DNA from: an uncultured Thermoprotei archaeon
Lineage (GTDB): Archaea; Thermoproteota; Thermoprotei; Thermofilales; B15-G2
Direction of reading: 5' to 3'
Assembly: GCA_965367815.1 (NCBI GenBank)
Contig: CBDUKN010000017.1
Span: forward strand, 1-62,871
Length of the DNA: 62,871 nucleotides
Numbering within the stretch: position 1 is the first letter of the stretch; each line of letters starts with the position of its first letter. The notes beneath the pieces are model-generated. The model was given only the letters and a program-made list of their open reading frames with translations. It was not told the DNA's origin and ran no database searches. Positions 22,486 to 32,085 of this stretch are shown here, piece by piece. Position numbers and translations under genes: made by a program.

Positions 22486-22761
22486 CAATAATTTAAAAAT
22501 CTCTTAAAGAGAATAGAAAGTAATATAGAGCTCAAAGTATACTTAGAGCTTGAGAAAATCCTAGCAATAATTTAAAAATCTCTTAAAGAGAATAGAAAGA
22601 AAAATGTGCTATCGAATTTTATTTCTTCATTAAGAAACGGTACCAATAATTTAAAAATCTCTAGAAAAGAACAAGAAAATTAGTAGTGCTCCCATTCTAA
22701 CAGCGAAGCCTCTAAGCCCGTTCTTTCAGTGTTAATTTAAATCTCTAAAGGAGAATAGAAG
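22486..22761 (+). CRISPR. Short array: 2 intact repeats CAATAATTTAAAAATCTCTTAAAGAGAATAGAAAG plus 2 degenerate
   Basis: Repeats at 22486, 22565, 22644 and ~22733; first two spacers are 44 bp. Confidence 0.9.
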
Positions 22762-23075
22762 AAAAGGCTGATAGAGTATAAAGTAGTGTGTTTTATTACT
22801 GTTTTTTATTCTTTTTTGTTTTATTAGAGGATTCTTCTTCGTTTTCTTTTAGAAGTTCTCCTATGATTATGCTTTCTTGAACAGATAGTCCTGCGGTTAG
22901 GCCTGCTAGGAATCCTACTTTAAAGTCTCTTTTGTATTTTTTTGTCTGGCATAGGTGTCTCGTGTATATTTATTTACTTGGAAAGTATATTGTTGTCGTA
23001 TATTGAGATAAATGTGGATTTAGTGGGGCTGAGTTTGTTTTGGTTTGATGTTGCATTAAGTTTATGAAGTAGTCT

Positions 23076-23354
23076 ATGTTAGTGTATAGTAGGAGTATGG
23101 CTAAGACTATAGTTATTGAGATTCCTGATGAAGTGCTTTTAGGTATGAAGATTCCTGAGAAAGATTTGGAGAAAGTTGTTAAAGTAGAGTTAGCTATATT
23201 ATTTTATGAGAAAGGTTATTTGACTTTTGGTCAGGCTAGGAAATTATCTGGTTTATCGAAATGGGAGTTTATTGAGGAGCTGGCTAAGCGTGGAGTAAAA
23301 AGACATTATAGTGAGGAGGATTTGGAAGATGACTTACGGTTTAGTAGTGAGTAA
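23076..23354 (+). CDS. UPF0175 family antitoxin
   Basis: LAILFYEKGYLTFGQARKLSGLSKWEF...EDLEDDL. Confidence 0.9.
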   Translation: MLVYSRSMAKTIVIEIPDEVLLGMKIPEKDLEKVVKVELAILFYEKGYLTFGQARKLSGLSKWEFIEELAKRGVKRHYSEEDLEDDLRFSSE

Positions 23355-23823
23355 TTCTTCTGTTTTAATACATTTAACTAAAATAAGTAGACTTGATTTA
23401 CTTTATAAACTTTTTAAGCGAGTAGTTATTCCTTTAGCTGTTTATAGAGAATGTACAGTTGACGGGAAACCTGGATCTGAGTCTATAAAGAAAGCTTCGT
23501 GGATTAATGTCTTGAGTATTAAGAATACTGCTTTAAAGCAGAGTTTAATGTATTTTCTTGACGAAGGAGAATCTGAAGTAATTGTTCTTGCACTTGAAAT
23601 AAATGCTGACCTCGTTCTACTAGATGAAAGTGAAGCTAGGAGAATAGCTAAAAATTTTGGTCTAAATGTTACTGGAACTATAGGCATTCTGCTCAAGGCT
23701 AAGAAGAAAGGCTATATAGAAAACTTATCTAAGGAATTAAATAAGCTAAAAGCTTCAGGCTTCTGGATAGACAATAAACTTATTGAAAAAATTCTAAAGG
23801 AAACAAAAGAATCTTATAATTAA
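23311..23823 (+). CDS. DUF3368 PIN-domain (VapC-like) toxin
   Basis: VVSNSSVLI, LDEGESE, LLDE..AR and GTIGILL. Confidence 0.9.
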   Translation: MRRIWKMTYGLVVSNSSVLIHLTKISRLDLLYKLFKRVVIPLAVYRECTVDGKPGSESIKKASWINVLSIKNTALKQSLMYFLDEGESEVIVLALEINADLVLLDESEARRIAKNFGLNVTGTIGILLKAKKKGYIENLSKELNKLKASGFWIDNKLIEKILKETKESYN

Positions 23824-24058
23824 TCAAAATAAATTAAGCATAAAAACAACACATACAATAAGATAAATATATACAACCTCAATAACTGCATCTAGCTTCT
23901 TCATCTCAAGCAACTTTAGCTCCTCTTAACTTATTAATCACTATTTACCTATATAAAACTAAAGTAATCAGTAAATAGCAAACAAATAATTAACTGAAAC
24001 AAACTTTTACAAAAAACACAGTACTATCCCTCCTAAAATCACATTAAAGTAAAAAACG

Positions 24059-24267
24059 AAACTTATTTATTTTTATTTGAATATTATAGTTAAGTTTATA
24101 TATTTGTTTTTTACTCCCTTATAAAGGAGTTTAAAAATATTTAACAGATATAACAATAATTTAAAAATCTCTTAAAGGGAATAGAAAGTTTTAAAATCTA
24201 TGTTTAGATGTCTTGCTGCAAAGTTTCTTAATTTTCTTTATTAAATTAAAATCTTTAAAGGGAGATT
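24059..24267 (+). CRISPR. Internally deleted leader, repeat (24154-24188), spacer and degenerate repeat
   Basis: 24059-24128 is identical to 22309-22378; repeat CAATAATTTAAAAATCTCTTAAAGGGAATAGAAAG. Confidence 0.8.
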
Positions 24268-24507
24268 TATATGATTGCTTCGATTATTTTGTGTTTTAAG
24301 GTGTTTCAGTTAAAGGGTTTTGCTAGTTGTTTGAGAAAAGTTTAAATTTCTTTGTGTGAAGTTAGAGAGGAGTTTTAGTATACTATGTGGAGGAGGGTGT
24401 GGAGTTTTGTTTTATTTTTGAGAGATAGTTTGGGGTGTTTTACGGGTTTGTTGAGAAAAATTTTTAGTGCTTTTTGGTTTAATTTGTTTAGGGTTTGTGT
24501 CAAGTTT

Positions 24508-24777
24508 ATGGGTTTTGTTGAGGCTAGAGCTGTAGTGGAGGAGATTTTGCGTAGTGATTATGGACGTAGGTGCTTATTTTATGCTGGTTATGATTATTTT
24601 AGGGAAGTTCTTGTGGGGAAGGGTGCTAGGGTGGTGTATGTTGAGGAGAGTAATGGGGAGGATGATTATCCGAGCGAGTTTTGTGTTTTATTGTTTAGAG
24701 ATAGGAGGGTGGAGTTGTTTTGGAAGTTTAAGGTAGTGGAGTTGACTGAGGTTTCTTGGATAAAGGTTTCTAGGTGA
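24508..24777 (+). CDS. Hypothetical protein (likely start ATG 24508 rather than 24385)
   Basis: Open frame; upstream extension is low-complexity G/T sequence. Confidence 0.5.
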   Translation: MGFVEARAVVEEILRSDYGRRCLFYAGYDYFREVLVGKGARVVYVEESNGEDDYPSEFCVLLFRDRRVELFWKFKVVELTEVSWIKVSR

Positions 24778-24783
24778 TCTAGA

Positions 24784-25149
24784 GTGAGATACGTACATAA
24801 TATGAGGTTTATAGGGAGGGAGGTGAGGAGGCTTGAGTCTGGTGAGGAAGTTGAGTTTGGTGTCTTGGAGTATAGTGATTTTCGTGGACGTAGGTGCCGT
24901 GTTTTAGTTACGAGAGTGTGGTTTGAGAATAGTTTAATTTACCTTGAGTTCTTTTCGTGTAATAAGAGGCTTCTTGTTAAGGCTGTGAAGTATTTTGGGG
25001 AGTTTTTTGGAGCATTTTTCTTTATGAAGAAAAAGCTCGTGCAATATAGTGGGGGCTATGTGTACGCGTTTTACAATACGCAGGTTGTTTTAGAGAGAGC
25101 GCTTGAAGTATTTGAAGGAGATAGAGTGCGGCTGCTGAACTGTGGTTAA
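24784..25149 (+). CDS. Hypothetical protein
   Basis: 121-aa ORF preceded by AGGTGA SD. Confidence 0.6.
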   Translation: MRYVHNMRFIGREVRRLESGEEVEFGVLEYSDFRGRRCRVLVTRVWFENSLIYLEFFSCNKRLLVKAVKYFGEFFGAFFFMKKKLVQYSGGYVYAFYNTQVVLERALEVFEGDRVRLLNCG

Positions 25150-25243
25150 TTATTTTGTTGAGTCAGCTTTTGGGAGGAAAATTTTATAGCTTACTGCAAA
25201 AGATGGTTAAATATATTGGAAAGGATTTATATACTATTGAGTC

Positions 25244-25381
25244 ATGTTATTTAATGTAAAGGTGACTGTTAGAGTAGTTTTGGATAAAAAGCTTGTGGAT
25301 AGGATTAGAGAAATTAGTAAAGGGAGGCTTTTTGATGAAGTAGTGGCTGAGCTTTTATCGAAGGCTTTAGAGAGCGTGTAA
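25244..25381 (+). CDS. Small ribbon-helix-helix-like protein (45 aa; not in ORF track)
   Basis: MLFNVKVTVRVVLDKKLVDRIREISKGRLFDEVVAELLSKALESV; TTTATATA box upstream. Confidence 0.55.
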   Translation: MLFNVKVTVRVVLDKKLVDRIREISKGRLFDEVVAELLSKALESV

Positions 25382-26398
25382 TTTGTTGCTGGCTGTGAGC
25401 TGAAGTATTTTTGTTGATAGTTTTTGTTTGAATATTTTTGTGTTTAGTAGTGTTTTGCATGTTTTGTCTGCGTACTCTATTAGTAGTGGGAAGCCTTTTG
25501 CCGAGAGTTGCGAGTCAGCTATTATTGTCGCCATTGCCTTTTCTAGTCTATCTTCGTGGCATTCTGCTAGGTAAGGTGATTGGTGTGTTTTGTATACGCA
25601 GAGGACTATTTCTTCTCCATGGGTTTTTAGGAATTCTTCTACTATTGGGCGGTCTCTGCGCGGGAGTCCTCTTGGCTTTATTAGTTTGGATAGTGGTCCT
25701 AATACTATGTATTCTCCTGGCTCTAGTAGTAGTCCTAGGCTTATTGCTCTGAGTCTCGATGTTCTCGTGATTACTGATGAGAGTTTCTTTGACTCTACTA
25801 TTTTCTGTGATAGTTCTAGGCATTTTTCTAGTAGTCCTGGTGTTTTTAGGCGTAGACGGAATTCAAGTGGTAGTAGTGGTCCGTGTACCAGTGCTTCTTG
25901 GTGTGGTGTCTGTAGAGCGAAGTGTCTTTCGTAGTAGAGCATTATTGTTTTATAGAGTAGTCTTGTCTGTGCTCTAGTTTCTTCTATTTTCTTTAAGTAC
26001 TCTGCTATGTTTTCTGCTTCTCCTTCAATAAAGTCTTGGTCTGCTACGTATGTTGTGTAAGTGACTGCTGTCTGAGTGTAGGATATTATTACTACTCCTA
26101 TTCGGCAGCGCGCGCCTGTTGGTGTAGGGTATATTGATAGTGTTCCGTCTACTCCACATACTTTTCCTTCGACTAGTCTTTTTAATGCTTCTTTTAGTTC
26201 TTTTTCTGAAGGCTTTTTAAGCCTGTTTTCTAGTAGCCTTTTTTCTTCAACATATTTTCTTAGTTTTCTTTTTAGCTCTACGTAGTGTTTTGCTGCTTCT
26301 TCTGTTAGCTTATTTTCTATTTTCATGTACTCGTGGTATTGCATCCACTTAATCGACTTTACTACTTCTCTGAAGTCTTTGAGCAGTACTTCTTCCAC
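25367..26398 (-). CDS. nurA: NurA-family nuclease
   Basis: CGVDGT, HGPL and GFPLLIEYAD motifs; adjacent to herA. Confidence 0.85.
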   Translation of the reverse strand: MEEVLLKDFREVVKSIKWMQYHEYMKIENKLTEEAAKHYVELKRKLRKYVEEKRLLENRLKKPSEKELKEALKRLVEGKVCGVDGTLSIYPTPTGARCRIGVVIISYTQTAVTYTTYVADQDFIEGEAENIAEYLKKIEETRAQTRLLYKTIMLYYERHFALQTPHQEALVHGPLLPLEFRLRLKTPGLLEKCLELSQKIVESKKLSSVITRTSRLRAISLGLLLEPGEYIVLGPLSKLIKPRGLPRRDRPIVEEFLKTHGEEIVLCVYKTHQSPYLAECHEDRLEKAMATIIADSQLSAKGFPLLIEYADKTCKTLLNTKIFKQKLSTKILQLTASNKLHAL

Positions 26399-26448
26399 AA
26401 ATAGAATACGCAGTAGTGCTTAATTAGCTTAATTTACTATCTATTAAT

Positions 26449-28071
26449 GTGGAAGAGAAAGTAGTAGGTTTCACGGCATTTGATAAGAGGAGAGACTCTT
26501 CTAACAGTATTCTAGCCTATGTGCCTGAAGAAAAAGCCGATGCTCTGGCTCGAGGAAAATATGTTAAAATAGTTTCAGACTACGGAGGTAGTACTAGGGT
26601 TTTTGTAGGCAGAGTGACTGGAGGTCCTTTTTACGAGACCGAGGGTGTTGACGTGGCTTCGGCTGAAGTAGACGTGATGGTGTCTCATCCTCTTATTGAA
26701 CGTGTGCCCCAGTACCGTGCTGTATATGAGGTAGAGGTTTTAGGAGAAGTAGAGGATGCTGTGAAAATGGTTTTGAAGTCTTCTTATACTAGACCTAGGC
26801 CTAAGTCAAAAGTTTTTCTCTTGTCGCCTCTAGAGCTCTCGAAGTACTTTAGGTTCGAGTCTCGTGGAATGCTTCTTGGCCACCTTATGCACTATAAAGG
26901 CGTTAAAGTCTACTTAGATCCCGGCGACATTAATGTTCTTCCGAGGAACTTGGGTATATTTGGTACTGTTGGGAGCGGTAAGACTAATACTGCTCAAGTT
27001 CTTATAGAAGAGGCTTCTAGGTGTGGGTGGGCTGTCGTAGTAATTGATGTTGAGGGCGAGTACGTGTACATGGATCAGCCTAACGACAGTGATAAAATGA
27101 TCCGTATTCTCGAGAGCGAATATAAGCTTGAGCCTGAGGGTCTCAGAGACTTCGGGGTGTATGTGCCTGAGCCCTCGGAGTACTGTGTTAGGAGAGACGC
27201 AGATAGTTTTTCGCTCTCTTTCTACGACTTAACTCTTCCTCTTGTCTTAGAGATTATTAGGGCTAATGAGCCTCAGGAAAGAAGGCTTAGCCGTGTCTGG
27301 AGAAAGCTTGAGGAAAGTGTTTTGAAAGAAGAAGAGCCAGCTGATGCTTTCGAGGAATTTATTGGCGCTAGAACTGAGGCTAAGAAAGGATTTACTCTCA
27401 GAGAGCTTATTGAGCGCGTAGAGCAGCTGGCTGAGCAAGCTAAAGTTAGGAGACAGACCTACGACGCTACGAGCTATGAGGCGATAGCGAGTAAGCTTGA
27501 GCGCCTTGAGGCGACAGGGCTCTTTGATAAAGACCGCATTTTGTCTGTGGATGAGCTTCTTGTTCCAGGTAGAGTTTCTGTAATAGATGTGAGCGATGCA
27601 AGCGATACTGTCAAGAATATTGTTATTAGCTGGCTTTTGCTCAAAATATTTTCAGCTAAATTGAGGAATCCCAGGGCTCCTAAAACACTATTTATTATAG
27701 AAGAGGCTCATACTTTTGTCTCGAAGGAGAAAGCTGAAGCTATGCGCACTACACTCGACATGCTTAAAACTATAGCTAGGAGAGGTAGGAAAAGGTGGCT
27801 TTCGCTCTGCTTTATATCACAGCAACCAGGCCACTTGCCTACCGAGATCTTTGAGCTCTGCAATACTAGGATAGTGCACCGCCTTATGAGCGAGTATAAT
27901 TTAAGGGCTCTTAGAGAAACTACGACAGGTGTTGCTAGAGAAGTCTGGAGGACTGTGCCGGGGTTCCATGTAGGCGAGGCTTTATTGGCGTCGCCTCAGC
28001 TGCCTCACCCAGTTTTAATGAAAGTGAGACCTGCTAAAACAATGAGAGCTCGCTTAACAGAGCTACGCTAG
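26449..28071 (+). CDS. herA: HerA-family ATPase/helicase
   Basis: HAS-barrel-like N-terminus, GTVGSGKT, DVEGEY, IEEAH, ARRGRK, SQQP. Confidence 0.92.
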   Translation: MEEKVVGFTAFDKRRDSSNSILAYVPEEKADALARGKYVKIVSDYGGSTRVFVGRVTGGPFYETEGVDVASAEVDVMVSHPLIERVPQYRAVYEVEVLGEVEDAVKMVLKSSYTRPRPKSKVFLLSPLELSKYFRFESRGMLLGHLMHYKGVKVYLDPGDINVLPRNLGIFGTVGSGKTNTAQVLIEEASRCGWAVVVIDVEGEYVYMDQPNDSDKMIRILESEYKLEPEGLRDFGVYVPEPSEYCVRRDADSFSLSFYDLTLPLVLEIIRANEPQERRLSRVWRKLEESVLKEEEPADAFEEFIGARTEAKKGFTLRELIERVEQLAEQAKVRRQTYDATSYEAIASKLERLEATGLFDKDRILSVDELLVPGRVSVIDVSDASDTVKNIVISWLLLKIFSAKLRNPRAPKTLFIIEEAHTFVSKEKAEAMRTTLDMLKTIARRGRKRWLSLCFISQQPGHLPTEIFELCNTRIVHRLMSEYNLRALRETTTGVAREVWRTVPGFHVGEALLASPQLPHPVLMKVRPAKTMRARLTELR

Positions 28072-28886
28072 CTCTCTATGTAGGGTAAAAGTATTTTAAT
28101 CCACTTCTTCAGTTTTACTTTCTTTTGGTCTTCTATTGTAACTAGTCTTCTTTCAGAAAGCTCTTTGAGGACGTTTTCTTCTATTTCGTCTGCAGGAAGG
28201 AATCCGTGTAGTTTTTCTCGCTCATATATTTTCTTGAGTTCATTTAAGTATACTGCTTTAACTGTGAGGGGGATTGAGGGTAATTCGACGTGTTCTCTGA
28301 AGTTTTCGTGAATGTAGTAGACTGAGTCTACATTGAGGAGGAAAGCAGCTATTATTAGGAAAGAGGTTTCGGGCTTGAATCCTGCTGTAGCGCAGACATA
28401 TACTTTGTGGCCTGCTTTCTTGTACTCGCTTATAAGCTTACAGGCTGTGTCAAGGAGACTCATTAAGCCTTCTTCGAATACCACGCCAAAGCCTTTAACT
28501 ACTTTGACTTCAGTGTCTATACCTGCTTTTTCCGACAAGTACTTCTTGACTATGGATGAGCAGAAATAGCCTACTCCTGTGTCTGTTGAAAGAAGTAGTA
28601 CTTTGTCTACAAGCCCATTTTCTAGGAAGTATTTGAGTGAGTTTAGTTCAGCGCTCATAGTATATGGGTCTTTAACTACCATAGTGTAGACTTCGTTAAA
28701 TACTCTCGATGTTATAGAGACGTGCTCTTTCAGTTCAAGGTCTTCAGGGGACCCGGGTGTAGCTAACTTAGCTTTAATTAAAGTGTTTTTAATATCTTCG
28801 GATATATCTTTTTTCAGAGCGTTCGCTACAATAGATGTGCCTGTAGTGACTAAGTGTACGTGCATAGTTACTTTATGCTCTAGCAC
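28068..28886 (-). CDS. APE2256/SSO1393-family CARF + wHTH protein (Crn1-type ring nuclease candidate)
   Basis: TTGTS, SAELNSL, STDT, ATAGFKPE and YIHE motifs. Confidence 0.85.
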   Translation of the reverse strand: MLEHKVTMHVHLVTTGTSIVANALKKDISEDIKNTLIKAKLATPGSPEDLELKEHVSITSRVFNEVYTMVVKDPYTMSAELNSLKYFLENGLVDKVLLLSTDTGVGYFCSSIVKKYLSEKAGIDTEVKVVKGFGVVFEEGLMSLLDTACKLISEYKKAGHKVYVCATAGFKPETSFLIIAAFLLNVDSVYYIHENFREHVELPSIPLTVKAVYLNELKKIYEREKLHGFLPADEIEENVLKELSERRLVTIEDQKKVKLKKWIKILLPYIES

Positions 28887-28910
28887 TTAAAATATTTTGT
28901 GAAAACCTGG

Positions 28911-30191
28911 TTACTGGGCACTGTTTTCGAAAAACAGGCTTTTTCTACTTTTCTCTAAAATCTTTTCGACATCCCAGACTTCTATGTCTTCTGGCTCTTT
29001 TTCGAGAACACTTGTCTCAGGAACTATTAGTATTTTTTGAATGTTTTTGAATTTACCGAGTTTCTCTTCGACTGTTTTTACTTCTTTTCGCGGTACATAG
29101 TTTTTCCATTTAACTTCACCAACTAATTTAAGTCTCTTAAACTCTAAGAGAGCTATATCTACTTCAAGCTCTCTTTCTTCAATTATTTGATACTGTAAAC
29201 CAAGGATCTTCGATAAAAGATTTCTAAAAAACTGTTCTACGTGTCTGGGAAGCTTCTCGTTTACTACTCTTCTTATAAATTTTTTCGGTATATCTAGCTC
29301 TGTATAAGAGTACTTGCTTTCAAGATAGTAGTGTAAATCTAGTAGAGGCGACTTGTGGAAATACCTGTACTTTTTCTTATTGAATACTTTTATTTTCTCT
29401 AAAATACCCATTTCCGTTAAAATATTTAAGTATTTTTGTAGAATACCTGGATTATCTTTAGCTAAAAGTCCTCTAGAGAAAAGCAGAGAAGATATTTCCG
29501 TACTAATGTTTTTTCCATCTGCTACAGCTTTTAAAACGCCCTCGTAAATATTTGTAAGTTCTCTTTCTTCTTCTCTAAACACTTCTCCTACGAGCTCTTT
29601 TAGTATTAGCTTGCCGTCGTAGAGAAAGTCTGCAAGAAAGTCTCTAATGTTTCCTCCTCTGTAAAAGGGAATAAGCATTACTTCTCTGAGGTACACTGAG
29701 CTCTCAACTAGCTCTTTCCCCTGGAAATCTTTCGACAACTCTACTAGAATTTCTCTCTCGTCGACTAAATCTATTTTAACGGGCTTTACTAGTCCTAAGA
29801 GAGGCTGACCTCTACCTATTATTTTCTTCGCTAGCCAGAGAGTCGACGTTATCAGAATTAAATTACCTTTAATTCCTAATGCGTGTAGAAAATCTAGGAA
29901 ACTTTCGGGAAGTCTATGAAACTCGTCTACAACTATTGTTTTATCTTCAATAATTTCTCTAAGTATTTTAATAAATTCTCTATATGTATAGAATTCTCCC
30001 GACTCTTTATCTAAAACTGTTCCATCTCTATTGACGAAGAAAAACTTATCGTAGGGAATAAAGTTTTCTACTAAAAAGGTTTTCCCAGTTTTCCTTCTAC
30101 CATAGACCATTACCCAAGGCAAACTCCTTCTAATCCTCGAGATTTCTATTCTTCTGGGAATTATTCTCACGGGAATAATGAATATGAACAT
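28911..30191 (-). CDS. Archaeal ATPase (ATPase_2) with wHTH and C-terminal PD-(D/E)XK-like domain
   Basis: GRRKTGKT, VVDEFH, EVDI..GEVKW. Confidence 0.88.
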   Translation of the reverse strand: MFIFIIPVRIIPRRIEISRIRRSLPWVMVYGRRKTGKTFLVENFIPYDKFFFVNRDGTVLDKESGEFYTYREFIKILREIIEDKTIVVDEFHRLPESFLDFLHALGIKGNLILITSTLWLAKKIIGRGQPLLGLVKPVKIDLVDEREILVELSKDFQGKELVESSVYLREVMLIPFYRGGNIRDFLADFLYDGKLILKELVGEVFREEERELTNIYEGVLKAVADGKNISTEISSLLFSRGLLAKDNPGILQKYLNILTEMGILEKIKVFNKKKYRYFHKSPLLDLHYYLESKYSYTELDIPKKFIRRVVNEKLPRHVEQFFRNLLSKILGLQYQIIEERELEVDIALLEFKRLKLVGEVKWKNYVPRKEVKTVEEKLGKFKNIQKILIVPETSVLEKEPEDIEVWDVEKILEKSRKSLFFENSAQ

Positions 30192-30276
30192 AATATATAA
30201 CTGCTTCTCTCTTTAGCAAACTGAGCTCTGGTTATTCGGGGGAAAGTTTAATGAAGTAAAATGCTGTATAGAAAAT

Positions 30277-30786
30277 GTGGAGAATATTTTGAGTATGCTT
30301 ATTGAAAGAAAATGCATACCTTTAAGTGAACTAGATGAGAAGACTGTAAGAAAACTGACTAGAAGCGGTTTTGCTAAAGTAGGTGGAGGCTTTCTTTACC
30401 CTACAGAAGCTCTTCTCGAAGCTTTTTCTAATGAGAAAATATATGGAAAAAAAGGATTAGTGCTCCTAAGCCCTAATGGAGCCTTTTTCACTAAAAGTAA
30501 ATTCGGTAAAAGTTTTCTCCGCAAATACTTTATTGTAGTAGAAGGCTGGCTTGAAGGAGAGTCTCCTACACTACTTCCTCCAGCATCCGCTCTTGTACTC
30601 GAAGCAGAAGAATCTTTTCTCAAAGGAAACTATGGACTAGCTAGAGCTAAGCTCCTCCAGGCAGCAGAACTAGCTAGAAATAAAGCACTTAAAGAGAAAG
30701 TAGAGAAAACACTGTCTTCAAGTGACCTCAAAGAAGTTTTAGAAGAATTTAAAAAGAGGCTGGGACTACGAGAGGAACAATTCTAA
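30277..30786 (+). CDS. Unknown protein with wHTH-like N-terminus and helical C-terminus; candidate Argonaute partner
   Basis: 169-aa ORF overlapping the start of the Ago reading frame. Confidence 0.65.
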   Translation: MENILSMLIERKCIPLSELDEKTVRKLTRSGFAKVGGGFLYPTEALLEAFSNEKIYGKKGLVLLSPNGAFFTKSKFGKSFLRKYFIVVEGWLEGESPTLLPPASALVLEAEESFLKGNYGLARAKLLQAAELARNKALKEKVEKTLSSSDLKEVLEEFKKRLGLREEQF

Positions 30787-31973
30787 GAAAACCTGTACTA
30801 AAGTTCCGTGAAGGCACTGCCCTAACTCCACTAGAAGGATTCCGCTTAGGTTTCAAGCCATGGAGCGGGCCAAGCCAAGTAACACTAACAGTCGTAGCCC
30901 TCAGAAAAGTATCTACTGAAGCAAAAAAACTAGTCGAGAGAACAGTCTACGGCTACAAATGGTTCAAAGGACTAGAAGAGTGGTTCGACATAGAAGTACC
31001 CGAAATAAACTTCATAGAAGTCTCTAGCACTAAAGAGTACTTCGAGAAAATAGAAGAAATACCCTACACTACAGTAGTGCTCACAGTAATACCTGACGAA
31101 ATGAGCGTAGACTACGACGAAGACCCCTACATGCCTCTCAAACAAGAGTACGCGAGCAGAGGAATACCGAGCCAAATGATAAACTTCTCTACATGCAGAA
31201 ACTTGAGAGAAAGCCCAGTAGTACTCTATAACATCGCCTTAAATATCTATGCTAAAGCAGGAGGAATACCCTGGATATTAGCAGAACCTCTCCAAACAGA
31301 CGCAGCAATAGGACTAGATACAGGCGGAGGAGCAGCAGCTGCAACACTCCTCTACAACTGGACAAACCTAAATTTCACTTGGGAAACAGAAGCAAATCCA
31401 TCAGTAAGAGAAGTACTCTCCCTAGAAACTCTACTAAACAAACTAATAGAGAAAATAGCTGAAGAAAACAAGCCCCCATCAAACATAGTATTCCACAAAG
31501 AAGGACTATTCCACCCAAAAGAAATACAGCTCTTACGGAAACTAGTAGAAGACTGGAAAACCCAAGGACTAGTAGAAGAAAACTTCCAGTACACTGTAGT
31601 AGAGGTCAAGAAAAAATGCGTACCAAGAATACTCCGAGAACAAGGACCCCGCTACTACAACCCAGTCAAAGGAACATGCCTAATACTAGACAAATACAAA
31701 GCACTAGTAACTACAACAGGCTACCCAGACAAAATACTCCACACAGCCCCAGTAAAACCACTAATAGTCGAAATAGCAGACACAAGCAACTGGGACACAG
31801 CAAACATACTACAGTATGCAAAACAAGTCTACTGGCTATCAGAACTACACTGGGGATCAGGAATATTCACCTCAAAATACCCCATAACAACACTATACGC
31901 ACACAGAATAATAGCATTCTGGACCCAAGGAATACACCCAGCAGAACAAGAAAACACACTATGGTTCCTATAA
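30753..31973 (+). CDS. ago: Prokaryotic Argonaute, MID-PIWI only (~400 aa); start codon unresolved
   Basis: Frame open from 30753. ILRKPVLKF..PLEG N-terminus; MID Y-K-Q-K (YMPLK, SQMI, YAKAGG); PIWI GLD, HKEG, YPITTLYAH; C-terminal LWFL. Confidence 0.92.
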   Translation, partial: KEAGTTRGTILRKPVLKFREGTALTPLEGFRLGFKPWSGPSQVTLTVVALRKVSTEAKKLVERTVYGYKWFKGLEEWFDIEVPEINFIEVSSTKEYFEKIEEIPYTTVVLTVIPDEMSVDYDEDPYMPLKQEYASRGIPSQMINFSTCRNLRESPVVLYNIALNIYAKAGGIPWILAEPLQTDAAIGLDTGGGAAAATLLYNWTNLNFTWETEANPSVREVLSLETLLNKLIEKIAEENKPPSNIVFHKEGLFHPKEIQLLRKLVEDWKTQGLVEENFQYTVVEVKKKCVPRILREQGPRYYNPVKGTCLILDKYKALVTTTGYPDKILHTAPVKPLIVEIADTSNWDTANILQYAKQVYWLSELHWGSGIFTSKYPITTLYAHRIIAFWTQGIHPAEQENTLWFL

Positions 31974-32085
31974 ACCACAAAACAGTCAAAGAAAACAGTA
32001 AAAACAAACAAAACCAGTAAATATAATTAAAAGTCACCAAACCCTCCTCACAATACCCCATAAAACAATCCAAACCAAAAAAACT

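Noticed and set aside
25438-25977. Several overlapping ORFs within nurA (similar shadows in herA, ago, cas6 and thrC)
   Set aside because: Antisense or alternative-frame shadows favoured by skewed composition; no motifs
31077-31973. 298-aa Argonaute as given by the ORF track
   Set aside because: It starts inside the MID domain; Ago-like sequence continues in frame back to 30753
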